A stretch of DNA of 64,000 nucleotides. Source: Paramecium tetraurelia (lineage: Eukaryota). The position numbers and the translations under genes are program-made. How positions within the stretch are numbered: position 1 is the stretch's first letter; every line of letters starts with the position of its first letter. This document shows, in pieces, positions 38,252 to 51,906 of the stretch. The DNA lies in contig CT868047.1 of the NCBI GenBank assembly GCA_000165425.1, positions 1-64,000 on the forward strand, in the 5' to 3' direction. The notes beneath the pieces are model-generated. The model was not told the DNA's origin and did not search any database. It worked only from the letters and a program-made list of their open reading frames with translations.

Positions 38252-39377
38252 ATGAATAAAACTGAAAATGTTTTCAAATAAGAAAAAATATAAATCTCTG
38301 AATCTTAGGTTGCTCCTTTAGACATAATATCAATAATTCAGTAAAAGTACACCAGAAAAGCTAATGAATGCAACGATTGTAAAACTTAACATTATCTACT
38401 AGAGATTATCATTAATGAAATTCCTGAATCATCAAAAATTATTGACTCGACTCTTCAAAAGTAAGATAGCCAACAATAGCTAATATTTCAAAAGGATATC
38501 TATGCGAGAAGTTAGTCTATATTTAAATCTATGTAGATTCCTTTAAGAGTGTGGGTTGCATCTGTCGAATTTGTGAATTTTCGGAATATAAAGAAAATCC
38601 TCTAATTCGTGTGTGTAAATGCATTAGATCTCAAAAATACGTGCACGAATATTGTTTGAAAAAACTGATCATGAAAAAATATAGAAACAAACTTAATTAA
38701 GCAAAATGTGAAATCTGTTCTGATACGTATTAAATGGAACTCCAAATTGAAAAAATATTCGCTCCTGTAAATTACATATCTTATCTTTAGAAAATAGCAT
38801 GGTCGCAAAGCAAGGATAAACTACCTTTATTTTGTTTATTGGTCTTTTTGATTGTGATGATAGTCGTTGTAATCTTACTTGGAATTCGATTGTATGAACT
38901 TTATTGTAATTTAGATCAGAGGCTAATTAAATTACTGATCGGAAAAACTTTCTAGATTCCAAATCTTTCTTAATTTTATTTGTCATCTTTTCAGTGATTA
39001 TTATTCTAATATTGTTATGGCTGATTGCAATGATAGTCAAAGGGTTGTTAATTGTAGAGAAAATTATACTTTGGAAACTAATAGAATTCAAACCAGTGAA
39101 GAAATCTATACTTAATAAAAATATATTAATTTCAGACCTCAAATAATCATTTCGAAAATCTAAACTATGTACTGAATAAGAAACAATGTAAAACAGGACA
39201 AGTAGGCATCAAAATACATTTAATATATAAAAACAGAATCATAACTAAGAAGATCAATATATTGATGTTGGTGAAATATCTACATAAAGAAATTAACTAA
39301 AATAAGTTGCAGGAAATGTGCTTACTATTTAAACTGATCCTCGTTCAACCAAAAGATCAAGATTTTCAATAATTTGA
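38252..39377 (+). CDS. RING-CH (RINGv/MARCH-type) E3 ligase-like protein with two transmembrane segments
   Basis: ICRICEFSEYKENPLIRVCKCIRSQKYVHEYCLKKLI...KCEICSDTY, followed by two long hydrophobic stretches (~38825-38890, ~38965-39055). Confidence 0.82.
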
Positions 39378-39922
39378 TTATTATTATTATCTTAATATTT
39401 CAATAACATAAAATTGATACCCTGTTGATGAAATTTAATTTAATGGTTTAATCCATTATTTTTTTAATTCATCATATAGATTAAAGCACATTTATATAAA
39501 AAATATTGAAATAAAGAATTAATTTATAGCATTATTTAAAATTTAACCAGCTAATAATTTCACTATATTTTTAATTTATTATATATCTTGAATAACCTTA
39601 ATTTTTTTAATTTACACCCAAACAAGAGAACGTTGTTGTAATGATAAACCACGAAATTAAAATTACATTATAAAGAGTATAGAAAATAAATTGAGATTGT
39701 TCACTAGTATATTTTAATTAATTAAAAAGTGGGAATAATAATTTAAAGACAAGAGTTTAGATCAATTTTAGAGGAGGTTGGAGGTGTATTATCAAGACGG
39801 TTTGTCTCAGAATAAGGGTGGCTTTTGAGAGAAGGAGTGATAGTTCAATTCTTTGAAGGGTGTCCTTTTTGTTTGTCTTCTCGTTAATAATTAACAGATA
39901 ATTTAAATATATTTATTTCAAA

Positions 39923-41292
39923 ATGAGCATTCGGCAAAGTCTCATTTAACAATTCATGCATACTTTATCTAATTAGAGTTCATAACAGACTATAACTTTA
40001 TTGGCTCTAATAGGAATTGAAAGTGTGCTTTAGGAGAATGACAACAAATTAGTCAGGGAGCAAATAACTCTCATCAAGAGATAGATAGAAAATATTCAGA
40101 CGAAGGACGAGGAACACACTATAAAGGTGGTAAAGTCGAAGGAAAGAGCGCTGACCCCGAAGATTACGGAATCCTAGGCTCCAACTCCATTAGGCCACCA
40201 AAGGAATACTGTGTCTAGACACCATTTGGATGATCATGCGATGAGGATGGCACTTAGTTAACAGTACGAGGAGACCGAATAAATGAGATCTCCAAAATCG
40301 GAAATCTCCAATGTGAAAACCCCAAAACAATCGATTCAATACTTTATAGAGATGAAGAGTTAAAAGCCGAAAAGGGGGCCCGAAACCAAACTGAAGGAAT
40401 TGCAAAGTAATTTAACTCGAGAATTGATAGCTGATTACCAGGGAGTGTTGGAGGAAATTAAGCTAAACCCAACAAAATACATGGACACTCCTGAGAGCAG
40501 TCTTTAGGAGTAGCAAATAAAGGATTACATAAAGTTGCAATAGTAGGTGCAATTGTAGTAGCAGAAGGCAGAGATTGAAAGACAATAGCAATAATTAAAA
40601 TAACAGTCACAGGACTATAATTAATCTTAGAAGGACTTATTGAATTTGAGAAGGAGGACTGAAACCCAGCCGGAATAGAGACTGGAGAGATCTTGGTAGG
40701 TATAGGAGAAAAGGAGTACTTAGGGGATGATGAATTACAAATCGGAACCAAATTAGATGTAAAATTAAATGGCAACAAAGAAGGTGTAATCGACTCCACA
40801 ATAGAAGGAGTAGAAGTCTCCGAACAGATTTGAGTAGTAACAAGTGATGTAGACGGAAAATACATTTTCATTTTTTTAAAGGTAGAAGACTTAGGGAAAT
40901 CAAATCAATACTCAATAATCGATTAATTACGACAAACACAGCGGGGGTTTAAAGTAGATGGCTGACAAGCTAATAAATTCGCCGATTATATAGTAAGTCT
41001 CTTTGAAGTCGGCTGAGAATGTTTCATCATCGGGGAAGGAGGTTTAGGTTTCATAGTTTGAGGAATAAGGTATGTAAAGTAGAAGTAAAAGTAGATTCGA
41101 TGAGTTCAAATTCAAGTGCGTTTTCACTATTTTAGCCGAATGAGGAGTTGAAGTCATTCTTTAGGAAGGAGTTGATTAAGGAAGAGAACGACGAAAGTAA
41201 GGGTTATATGTAATATAGATCATGATCCGAATTGTGTGAAGTACTCTAATATATTTTTGAAAGGGAGAATGGGAGGATCGAAAGTGTTTTGA
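39923..41292 (+). CDS. Hypothetical Gln-rich protein
   Basis: MSIRQSLIQQFMHTLSNQSSQQTITLLALIGIESVLQEND... stays open in code 6 with three short introns; abundant TAG/TAA Gln codons. Confidence 0.65.
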
Positions 41293-41348
41293 ATTAATTA
41301 AGTATATAATGCAATTTTGAATTACTTTCACTTAATATTAATAATTAA

Positions 41349-43491
41349 ATGGCAGATTATTATACATATCAGAGGAAGAGAAGGGACTTGGGGAAGCCTT
41401 GCAATTTTTAGGAGAGTGAAATCAAAATAGCCGGTTATACTAAGACGGTTGCGATTGTTCCGAACTACGTGAAAAGAAATCCAAATCACATTGATTTGGA
41501 TAACATTGCTGAATATTCGGAGCATTCGGTATGAATTTGATTTACTAAAACATAGGTGAATACAGAGAGAGTATCGACAGGAGACAAGGTGATGTATCAT
41601 AAAGAAGGAGGGGTATTTTAATTTATGCAACAGTTTTTAGTGGCCTGCAGGTATAGACCCATTGGAGCAGCAAGACCAAAACAAATACAGAAGGAGGTTC
41701 GAGAAAGATTCGGCATTTGCAGTTGCTGTCAAGGAGTTGAGCACAACAGTGGAGAAATGCATACTCCAAAATAACCAGATAGATTTGTTTGAGGAGTATT
41801 TCTTGGACGAAGAAAGTGAACATCAAGTGGAGAATCTCAGCACTAAGACTTTGATGCTATTCAAGTATTACTAGAATGTAATGGTAGGGATTAAGCAGAA
41901 GGAGGAGTCAAGAGATCTGTGTCTGAAATATCTTGGCATCCAGAAGGCCCAATCAAGGCAGCAGTATCTTATGCCATTAGCAGATTCTAACAAATGCCTG
42001 AAGGAATGGTGAAATCATCATATGTTTGGGATCTATAAAATCCAAATAATCACGAATCTGAATTAGAAACGAATTCTCCAATTACTAATTTGATGTACAA
42101 TCCAAAGTTGTCCGATTAAATCGGAGGTGGCTGTTATAATGGTTTGGTTGCTGTTTGGGATGTTAAGAGAGGTAAATAGCCCGTCTTGACATCCCCTGTT
42201 GAAAAGTCTCATCACGATCCAATCACTCATTTTCAATGGTTGTTTAGTAAAACTGGTACTGAGTGTGTGACTACATCCACTGATGGTCGTGTGTTATGGT
42301 GGGATACCAGAAAATTGAATGAAGGTCCAATTGAATCGTTGAATGTAACTGAAGGAGCAAATCCAAATGATCCATTGATTGGTGCAACAGTATTGGAATA
42401 CAACACAGAAGCAGGACCAACTAAATATTTAATTGGTACAGAAATGGGATCCTTAATGGTTGCTAACAAGAAACCAAAGAAGGCTGTTGAAATTACAGCT
42501 AGATATGGATTGGAGAGTGGACGTCATTTGGGACCAGTCATGTCTATCAATAGAAGTCCTCCAAATCCCAAATTCTTCTTAACAGTTGGAGATTGGAGTG
42601 CTAAGATTTGGGTCGAGGATATCAAGACTCCAATAATGAGAACTAAATATCATGGCAGTTATTTGACTGATGGTTGTTGGTCTCCAACTAGAAATGGAGT
42701 GTTCTTCTTAACTAGAAAAGATGGTTGGATGGATGTTTGGGATTACTATTATAGATAGAATGAAATTGCATTCAGTCACAAGGTAAGTGAGACAGCCCTT
42801 ACCTGTATAAAAATAAATTCTAATGGTGGTGCTCATCATAATGCTGGTAAATTGGTAGCCATTGGAGATTAGGATGGTACAGTCACTTTATTAGAACTAT
42901 GTGATTCATTATACTAATTATAATTTAGAGAGAAAGATGTGATGAATGAAATGTTTGATAGAGAGTCAAGAAAAGAAAAGAATCTAGAAGCCATTAAGAA
43001 ACAGTAAGATTTAATGAAAAAGGTTGTTCCAAAAGATAATAAGGCAGCCCAATAGAAATGGGAGTAAAGAAAAGCTGAATTGATAGCTGAAGCTGAACAA
43101 CAATTTAGTCAAATCGTTAAAAAGGATGAAGAGGCTAAATTAAATGATTTGTCTGAATTCAGTCCTAAAACTCAAAAAAAGTAAAGTGATCTACTTATAA
43201 TCTATTAGAGAAGATAAGAAGCCCTAGTCCCCCAAAGATGATGATAAATAACAACAGTAAGGAGATGATGATGGATAACAACAAGGTCAATAAGATCAGG
43301 GACAAGATCAAGGAGACAAAGACGGTGGGCAATAACAAGATGGAGACGATGGTTAACAATAAGGAGATGATGGCTAATAATAAGATGGAGACGACGGTTA
43401 ACAATAAGGAGATGATGGATAACAATAGGGAGATGATGGACAACAAAAAGGAGATGAGGGAGATGGCCAAAAAGAAGGTGAACAGGATTGA
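41349..43491 (+). CDS. DNAI2: Outer-arm dynein intermediate chain (DNAI2/IC69/ODA6 type, WD40)
   Basis: YHKEGGWPAGIDP, CILQNNQIDLFEEYF, ISWHPEG, SHHDPI, STDGRVLWWDTRKL, LEYNTEAGPTKYLIGTEMG, HLGPV, FLTVGDWSAKIW, WSPTRNGVFF. Confidence 0.92.
43258..43470 (+). repeat. Coding tandem repeat (GGA GAT GAT GGA TAA CAA TAA-like units) encoding (G)DDGQQQ in the dynein IC tail
   Basis: Repeated GGAGATGATGG / GGAGACGATGG / GGAGACGACGG followed by TAACAA(T/C)AA; translates GDDDGQQQGQQDQGQDQGDKDGGQQQDGDDGQQQGDDGQQQDGDDGQQQGDDGQQQGDDGQQKGDEGDG. Confidence 0.85.
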
Positions 43492-43544
43492 TCAAAATAA
43501 CAATATTAATATTTATCGGAATGCATATACAAATAATTAATCCA

Positions 43545-46500
43545 TCAAATCTTAAGAAGATCCTAATCTATCTTCATTCTTGGTTTCAAATACTCCACAA
43601 ATCCCATTAGGAGGTCCATCTTATGTTGACTCTTTATTTTCTAATCCACCAACACAACTCCCACTTATTTCATCTCCTTGAACACCTCCATCAAATCATC
43701 TTTCTTGTATGTATAAAGTAACTAAAACAATTTATGCGAGTTCTCAGCTGCAAGCAAAGCCAAATTCTTATAAATCCAATCTTGTATGAATTCATCTTGT
43801 TCTTTTTATTTTAGTTGGACTGCCAATGCTGTAAATACACGTTCAGATAACAATGGATCTGGATGTCTCATATACAAATATAATGCTTCAGGCTACCGTC
43901 TCATCTTTATTAAACAAAATGCTTCCATCCAAATCCTATTGAATATTCCATTACATCATTACCAATTCTTTTCTTACGCTTTTTAACGCAACTCTTCCAA
44001 TAACTTAAACTACCCTTCGAATTACCTCTCCACTTTTACCATAACTTTGTGTAAAAATTCATTCTTCACTAATTCACTAGATAAATCTTTTTAAACTCTA
44101 CCCCGCAAAATCCAATTTATGTCAAATATTGTGTTATGCTATTTTCTAAGGGCATCCATGTAATTTAATAGATTAACCATAATGTGATTAATATTCAAGT
44201 GGAATGGACAAATGGCAAAAACGTTGGTTGAAAATGCACAAGAATAATTCATATACTCATCTATCAGCTTAGCATTATTGATCCTACCAAAATATGCCTA
44301 TTCTGCCAATTTTATTAAAACATAAACCTTTGATAAGATCCTTAGATGATAATCTGTTTATTAAATATCTAATGTAAATCCTATATCTTACCTAGTATTT
44401 CAGGTAAGAAACCAATCATTGTATTGTTGGATATTTCAATATTAATTTCCTTGCCTTCATTTAAGAATTGCTTAAAGCTCTCTTGTATTCTTTCTGAAAA
44501 GACTGATAGAAAGATTTCCAAAGTCTTGATGTAATCAATTTCAAATAGTTTCTAGATGTTTTCCAAATCAAATAAGTATTCGAACAGATCTTTGAACATA
44601 GCCTTGAACTATCGATCAGTAAAGAAAGACTCAGGATTTGATTGATTTTGACCAGTAAAACAGAAGGACAAGAAACTTATATACAACTATAAGAATACTT
44701 AAATAGACAGGCTTTACATTAGTCTAGAGTTAAAGTAGTAATGTTCTTATTGTCTTCCTCGGTTAAAGCATGCTTGCTTTAGAGAAGACTAAGCAGTGTA
44801 ATAATTCTTAGATATGGAGTTAGAAAGTCGTTGATTTGTGAACAAACATGCATCATGGGCTCTATGAGATCCTATTCCAAACAAAAATCTATCAATCCTT
44901 TTGGATCATATCTTTATATATTTTAAATTGACATTATCAATTTAGTACAAGTTTCCTTATCCTCCATTTCAGTGAACATCTTCAAGACTTTGGTTTAATG
45001 CTAATATGGAATGCTCACCTGATGGTATTGGAGTAATTCCCTTAAGTAGTCATAAAACACATCCCTATAACCACACCCTACCATGAGATCCTCAATCGAT
45101 TCAAATAAGTATTCCTCATTCTGAGTTTAAATTAGGAAATGCATGATAGTCAAAACTGATTACTTATTTTTCAATTATTTATTTGGCAATTATGACAACA
45201 GATATTACAATGCTAACTTACAACAAGTCTCCTTGATACAAAAATGTCTTTAAACATCATTTTCAGGAATGTTGCATAATAAAGTCAAATGACCTCTATG
45301 TATATCAACTGCAGTTTAGAAACATCTCTCCCACTCATTGTTATCACTTTATTCATACAACAGTTCATCCCATTTCTTTAATCTAATAGATTGCAGTTCG
45401 GTTCCATTCAAAATATAGCACTGCTCGTTTTTATAAATAATTTATACTACATTTAAAAATAGAAATCTTACAATTAGAATGCAATTACTTATAATTCAAA
45501 ATAATATCATTTGATTTTTGAAAACCATCGTTAATTGAATCCATCACACTCTAACTAATTGTGATTTCTTACTTGTTCTCTCTTACAAAAGTATAGAATT
45601 TTTGATGATATTGACCGTTTTACAATGTTGAGATATGCTTCTCCTATAGAAAATGCTTTAAAATTTAACCTAAACCAAATGGTACCCCATATTCAAATTA
45701 TGAGGTTGTGAATAGTTTAATGGCAGTCTGATTTTATTGATTGTGTATAACAGAGTAAAAAGCAGAATTTGTTATGAAATTACATACCATTGGATATTCT
45801 CTCAGTTAACTTAAATTAACAGAATTATAGAAATGACCTCCTTGAACTACTTGAATTTTGTAATCACTAGACATCACTTTAAATGCATAGTATTCTCTGT
45901 AACCCCAATTTATGATTAACAATACATATCTCTTGTTTGTCTCCTTAAAACTACCCAAACCCCAAGCACACGAACATCTAGTCTTATCATGATCTATTGC
46001 TTGTGGCTAATTAAACACTAAATTATAAATATAAGCATCAGATCTTTAAAAATTCAACAATAACTATATTTTTGATTGTTCTTGATTTAATTTATACCCA
46101 AAAAACACTTTGACAACTTGGATCTTATTTGCAAATCCAACTGCCATTAAGTACTTAAATGATTACATTAAATCTTACAAATTACGTACTAATTACATAC
46201 TCATTTGCTTCTTCAGGCTATTCTTATTTTTAGTTTGGGCTGGTTTAAAATATTGATTTAAAAAAATTATTTTTCTTTTTTTTAGTTGGTGATTGATCTA
46301 ATTGACTGCCTATTGAAGTTGTACTCTCTCTGTCATCCATACATTAGATGAACTCTTCGTAACATGAATCCATGATGGAAACATCTTGAATTACTGATTA
46401 CTGAGGCATCATATAATCATTTTCAAAAACTTTCTAAAAATAACATTCTGAATTTATACAGCATGTCTATTTTCCTTAATCTTCTATCTCTCGCAAGGTT

Positions 46501-47134
46501 CACCAAATTTGTAAATAGAAATACTTATTTTCTGTTCTAATGTTGATACATTCACCTCTAAAGGAACCTTTAATAAATAATTGTTTTCCAAATGAATAAT
46601 GATTTCGTAATACTATTCCTTTCTAAATTGAAGTAAATTGTCAGAACTAATTGACAAAGGCACCATATAAGCATATTTTAGATGTTAGTATCTGTGCTGC
46701 AGCACTTCTTTGAAGGACTACATAAAATTAGAATCCTACTCATACCTTTAAACTAAAAATAACAAACTCATTATTTGAATATGTCACCAATAGTAATTAG
46801 TTATCATTTGAAATTTATATCATTTTCACTTAACCTCTATAAATTTGAGTATCCTTCCCTAGTAGTTTATATTCTTGCTTAAAATCGTTATCCTAGATGT
46901 TCACATCATGCTTACTTATTAGAAGATGTAAATGTATGAATATTCCATTCCGACAAATACTAGATCATTATTCATTGTGATGTAAGTTGGCAATCCACAT
47001 AATCCTTTCTTATAATCAAAAAACTCTTAAAAATTAGTATGAACAGTATTCACAATCTAATCCTCTATATTCACATTAGAGTTTGGTTATATTTTTATTC
47101 TCTCTTTTTTCTATTTCTACAAATATAATGACAT
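43545..47134 (-). CDS. VPS8: Vps8-like (CORVET subunit) beta-propeller/alpha-solenoid protein
   Basis: GLPTYITMNNDLVFVG, CAWG...LLIINWG, LKKWDELL...EWERCFQTAVDIHRG, FCLEQDL...DFLTP resemble Vps8 landmarks; several introns; a single-gene model is assumed but not fully verified. Confidence 0.6.
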
Positions 47135-47540
47135 ATTTTATAATTAAATATTCTAAAAAATGATCATTCAATTTTAGAATCAATATAATTGGAAATAAGA
47201 TTATAAAATCAACAGTGATTTATTTTATTAAGAGATAATAAATATTAGAATTTAATTAGAACTTAGAAAAACTTAAGAAAAATCGATAAATCTCAGAAAT
47301 AGCTTACTCTTTAAGGGATAGTTAATCGAAATTAACCTATTTCAAATTGATCATTATAATTACTAATCAAATGACAATTTTAAATAATTTATAATATTAG
47401 AACATTTCATTTTATAATATTGAATCAATTTTTAAAATTCCATCTTCAATAGTTTCTGTGAATATTTATGAAAAATTAATAATGTTTAAATAAAATGTAT
47501 ATAAATAAAGTATTCTGTATTTAAGTGATAACGAGGATCT

Positions 47541-47987
47541 TCAATTACTCTTTTTACCTTTATGATTAGTCTTCTTAAATTCCATATCACTTAAATACTC
47601 TTCCTTATTATATCTTAACTTTTTGTAATATCGATTCTTGATCATATTCATAGTTTTTCCTGGGAAATATTTTACAATTTTATTGAAATTGGGACCAAGT
47701 TAGATGACCAACTCTAAAATTCTCTTATCTTCAAGATAGGAGAATCTAGAGAAGATATAAACATGAAAATGATGATACCTCATATCGTTGATTCTTCTCT
47801 TCTAGGATTGATTTTTATTAGAATCGTTCTCATCTTATGTTGATTTGCATTAGATGATGGAATAGTATAAATGTTCTAAAGATTCCTCTTCAACATGTTG
47901 TTGTGACAATCTAAAATGATAATCTTGATCATACTCGTCGAATCCGTCATTTAATATATATTATTTGATTTAGATTGCTTCATCCAT
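47541..47987 (-). CDS. Single Myb/SANT-domain protein
   Basis: RFSYLEDKRILELVIQLGPNFNKIVKYFPGKTMNMIKNRYYKKLR; one 33-nt intron. Confidence 0.85.
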
Positions 47988-48136
47988 TTTATAAATTATA
48001 TATATATAAGATTTGTAATTTAAATTTATTAGTTTAATTGCATTAGGTAGGGTGAGAGCGAGAATCATTTGGGTTCAAAGAATTCCAGTTTAAACATAGA
48101 ATGAATGATAACTAATCAAGGAGACATTCAATATAA

Positions 48137-48553
48137 TCAATTCCATATTTAAGATTTAGGAACATTAAATCGTTAAGCATATTTCGTGAACAACACGTGC
48201 TCCTTACTTTTAATCTCTTCCACTCTCTATCTTGATTCCAAATTGACTTTGTTGTATCTGTAAAAGGAATTCCTAAACCCAATATGTTAGTCAAATTAAG
48301 GGGATATAACTGGCGACCGATATAAATTCTATTTTTTCTTTTATTTCTCTCCAACAGCTCTGATATCCACTTTCTGCAAAGGCGGCAACTATCGCTTCTG
48401 TTACTACCTAGAATTTTTTTCTGAATATGAGTCTTCATCAATTTCGTTAATTGGGAGTGGATTGGTTCCTTCCATTTCACCATACAATATGGGTACTCTC
48501 TTAAAATTCACTCCGTAGATTTAATCTAGTGTTATAGGGACTGATGAAATCAT
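48137..48553 (-). CDS. Hypothetical protein, ~138 aa
   Basis: MISSVPITLDQIYGVNFKRVPILYGEMEGTNPLPINEIDEDSYSEKNSRQQQKRQLPPLQK... ATG to TGA in one frame; a different frame from the ORF-track call 48112..48483. Confidence 0.55.
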
Positions 48554-48610
48554 ATTGGCTAGTTCAATATAAGAATAAATTATATATATAGAAATAATTA
48601 AATTTTAATT

Positions 48611-48898
48611 TCAGTAACGATGATTAATCTGCAATTACAAACTTTTGTTCTTCTTCGTCACACTCGATTAATATATATTCAATTACTATTTACAATGCCT
48701 GTCTAAATCCTTCATCGAGCTTTCTTAGTAGTTTTCATCGAAAGTTTCGAATAGTACTCGAATATTTAGTGAATAATCTAGGGAAGAATAATTGAATGAG
48801 GAGAATTGGAAACAACATTTTTTGAGTCGCCGAAACGGTTAATAATTCAATTTAGTTTATATAATATTGAGTAACACAGATATTTATTATCGATGCAT
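48611..48898 (-). CDS. Hypothetical small protein, ~95 aa
   Basis: ATG-to-TGA ORF (MHRQQISVLLNIIQTKLNYQPFRRLKKCCFQF...) fills the gap between neighbours; no domain recognised. Confidence 0.4.
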
Positions 48899-48940
48899 CT
48901 TAATATTAATAACAAAAGAAAACGGATATTAGATAAAAGT

Positions 48941-50098
48941 TCATTTTTTATTATTATTTGTTTAGGGTTTGAATGGTATGCTGCTGAAAATCTGATTCTC
49001 CTTGACCTTCTTCTTCTTCTCAATTCTTTTGTGTTCACTATGCAGTCTATCAAAGGGAGTTTAGTCGATCTGAAATTGGGACACATACTTGGAATTATCT
49101 CCATTGGCCTTTTTAATGATCTTGTCAGATTGTTTGGAAATAGAAAATTGATTGGGATTTTATTCTTTGATTTCTGAAGCACATTTAACGGCCGATGATT
49201 TATTGTAAAGTCTATCAAACACTCTAATTTTTTACTCTGAACCTTATTAAGCAGAGCCATACTGATTTATGCTGGGAGTGAATGTGCATTCATCTAACTT
49301 AGCCTAACTTTCATTCTCCTACTATTGTACAAGTTGTTATTGTTGATCAAAAAAGTGATTGTAGAGTCGTTCTTCAACTGGGATCGATAAGTACTCTTGC
49401 TAGCCAATTGGTTAGCTCACTAGTTGTGGTTTGAAGGGATAGGTCTTTTCTTGGCTTACTGGCTTTGGCTGTCTTTAGGACAAAGCATTTTAATAGAGAC
49501 GAGAGAATGGATCGCCTTCCAAGATCTTTGAGAAACTGTGATTGATTTGGGGTCTGAAAGTACATTATTTCAATTCGCTTTTGGTCTTGATTTCCATGCT
49601 AATTTGGTGTTTCATCCTTTGATCGTATCCAAATTGGGATAATCTGTCGTAAACTGGGGCAGTGGTATCTAATTGTTGGCTCTTTTTGGAGATCTGAGGT
49701 TGGAAGGTGCACTCCTTCAATTGATCTTCGATGACTTTCTATTGGTGCATTATTTATTTCTCTTCTTTCTTTATATATTAATCGTAGAGGTAAACTGTGG
49801 ATTGGTTGTTGCTGTTTGACAAGGATTTGGACTCTTAGGGAGTGGATTGACTATGTTTGCTTCTGGTAGTGAACTGCTTGGCACTATTTGGATGGATGGG
49901 TTTTGAGTTGGTTTATTGCATTAGCCATGTTTGGGAGACTCTGTTTGACAAATCAATTAATGATTGTCGATTTAAGGTTACGAGATGCATGAAGAGCATT
50001 TAACTCAGGTCGTCCTGGGTTGATTCAAAAGTTTGATCTTTCTCCAATATTCCTATGGTTCTGCAAAATTCTACAAATTCGTTAACAAATTAAACCAT
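48941..50098 (-). CDS. Protein with repeated (E)CTF-x-P-x-I and (V/F)-(Y/F)-(D/S)-RL motifs (cytoskeleton-associated type), ~385 aa
   Basis: ECTFQPQI, CTFRPQIN, YPFKPQL, ECTFTPSIN, IPFKPQ interleaved with VYDRL, FSRLY, VFDRLY, FDRLH. Confidence 0.75.
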
Positions 50099-50109
50099 TA
50101 TTAATAATT

Positions 50110-50353
50110 ATGTTTTTAAGAATTGCTGCCACATTCTTTAGACAACCTTAGTTGAAGAATCAATTAAGGAGATCCTTGACGCAGGCTCCGATGTTATCGA
50201 TATTAAGAAATCACAATTTATTGATTCAAAATCTGTCCTATCTGCAAAGTTAGTTTTACCAGATGGAGGAGAGCAACGACGAATTGGAGTTACTGTAAGT
50301 GAAATTCAATTTATAAAAGACAGGAAGAAGTTCCAGTAGGCAGAATGCAGTGA
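50110..50353 (+). CDS. Small protein with mitochondrial-presequence-like N-terminus, ~72 aa
   Basis: MFLRIAATFFRQPQLKNQLRRSLTQAPMLSILRNH... (Arg-rich, no acidic residues) then an acidic tail; one canonical 25-nt GTAAGT..AG intron. Confidence 0.5.
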
Positions 50354-50591
50354 GACGACTCTCTTACCCCCATTAACATTGTGATCATATTAATATACCA
50401 ATAATCATCATTACAATATGCATTTCCCTCTTTTATATGTGGATAGTACTTAATTCTTTATAAATATATTAATTCCAAATATTGCTGCAATTTTTATTAT
50501 CATTCTAACTAAGATCCACATCGCATACATTTGAGACTCCCAATTATCACATAATGATTAACTGATTAATTTTATTAAATCACTAAATATA

Positions 50592-51053
50592 ATGCATAGA
50601 CCGAAACCCCACATCCGAGTTCAACACGAAAAGGACATTTTGGATGGGTTCAGCAGATTGCAATAAGTCTAACCCCTTATACAGATCAATCCCACTGTGG
50701 ATAAAATCCCCAATCTCAAGAAAATACAGATCTTGGAAGACAGATATATATAAATAGAAAAGGACAATAGATTGTTATTGGAGAAAATTACAAACATTAT
50801 GAAGAGTGAAACCACTCGTGTGGGAAGACAGAAACGAGCTTCGAGTTTTGAGAGCAGAAAGAAAAGTGAACAAAGACAAATTTAAAGAGAAAATCAGATG
50901 TTGTTATCCAAAATAAGTAATAAAAAGTCATCCTATTCCAAAAATCATTTTGATAAAGAGTGGAATAAAACTAAACAATATTTTATCAATCTTGGAGGGT
51001 TGCGTACTTTAAGTTCAAAGTAAAAACAGTTTAATTATTCATTTTTATATTGA
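50592..51053 (+). CDS. CFAP97/KIAA1430 (Hemingway) family ciliary protein
   Basis: Twin motifs IEKDNRLLLEKITNI and IQRENQMLLSKISNKKSSY...EW. Confidence 0.75.
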
Positions 51054-51312
51054 CTTTTCCATTTCATTTTTGTTTCAATTCTACATCTTATCATTATTTT
51101 ACAGTATTTAATCCAATTCAAATTCAAAACTATTTATTAATTATTGATTCTCATTCTCATTCAAAATTGTGTTAGTTTAACATTTTTTATTGAATCTTTT
51201 AATCTTATTTACATTTAGTAAGAATTAAATCAATTTGATTAATATCAAATGAGAATAGTAAGTATTCTTTAGTTTATTTGTTTATTTTACTTCTTATTAT
51301 ATAATTTTATTA

Positions 51313-51906
51313 ATGAAAGAAATGTCTCTCACTTTTAAAATAATCCTTTTGGGAGATTCTAATGTAGGAAAAAGCAGCATTCTCAAAAGATACTCGGAAA
51401 ACACCTTTTCAGAATAGCAGGCTCCCACAATTGGGTTAGCATTTTATAAGAAGGTTGTTGAAAGAAAAAACATTAAAATAACGCTTGAAATTTGGGATAC
51501 TGCTGGTTAAGAAAAATTCAAGAAGATTGCCCCTATTTATTATCGAAATGCATAAGCAGTCTTAATTTGCTTTGATGTATCAAATAGAGATACTTTGGAA
51601 GGAGCTAAGAGATGGTTGGAAGAAATAGATAAATATTTAGATCCTGACTGTGTTAAATTTTTGGTTGGAAACAAACAAGATTATGGCTCATTTGAAATTG
51701 ATTAAGCATTTTTGGAAAGTAATCATATGAAGTATATTTAAACATCTGCAAAAACAGGACACAATGTGGATATGTTATTTCGAAGAGTTGCTCGAACTTT
51801 GGCAAAGACTAAAATAAAAAAGATGGAAAATCTTGATCAAAAGGCAATCATAACTCTTTAAGTGTAAGGACAAGAAGAAAAATAAAAAGCATCTCTTTGT
51901 TGTTGA
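51313..51906 (+). CDS. Rab GTPase, Rab5/21/22-related, divergent
   Basis: FKIILLGDSNVGKSS, APTIGLAF, WDTAGQEKF, APIYYRNA, GNKQD, TSAKTG, C-terminal CC; intronless. Confidence 0.88.

Noticed and set aside
39560..39930. Minus-strand open frame (~120 codons) overlapping the start of the Gln-rich gene
   Set aside because: With only one stop codon, frames of this length arise by chance; no domain or intron support.
40458..40871. 137-aa Ser/Thr/Pro-rich minus-strand ORF in the ORF track, plus a protein-looking alternative plus frame (GIETGEILVGIGEKEYLG...)
   Set aside because: Shadow of the Gln-rich plus-strand gene 39923-41292; the alternative plus frame contains several TGA stops.
43195..43540. 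ORF-track calls with Leu/Ile, His or Met/Asn repeats
   Set aside because: Alternative-frame and antisense readings of the GDDGQQQ coding repeat of the dynein intermediate chain.
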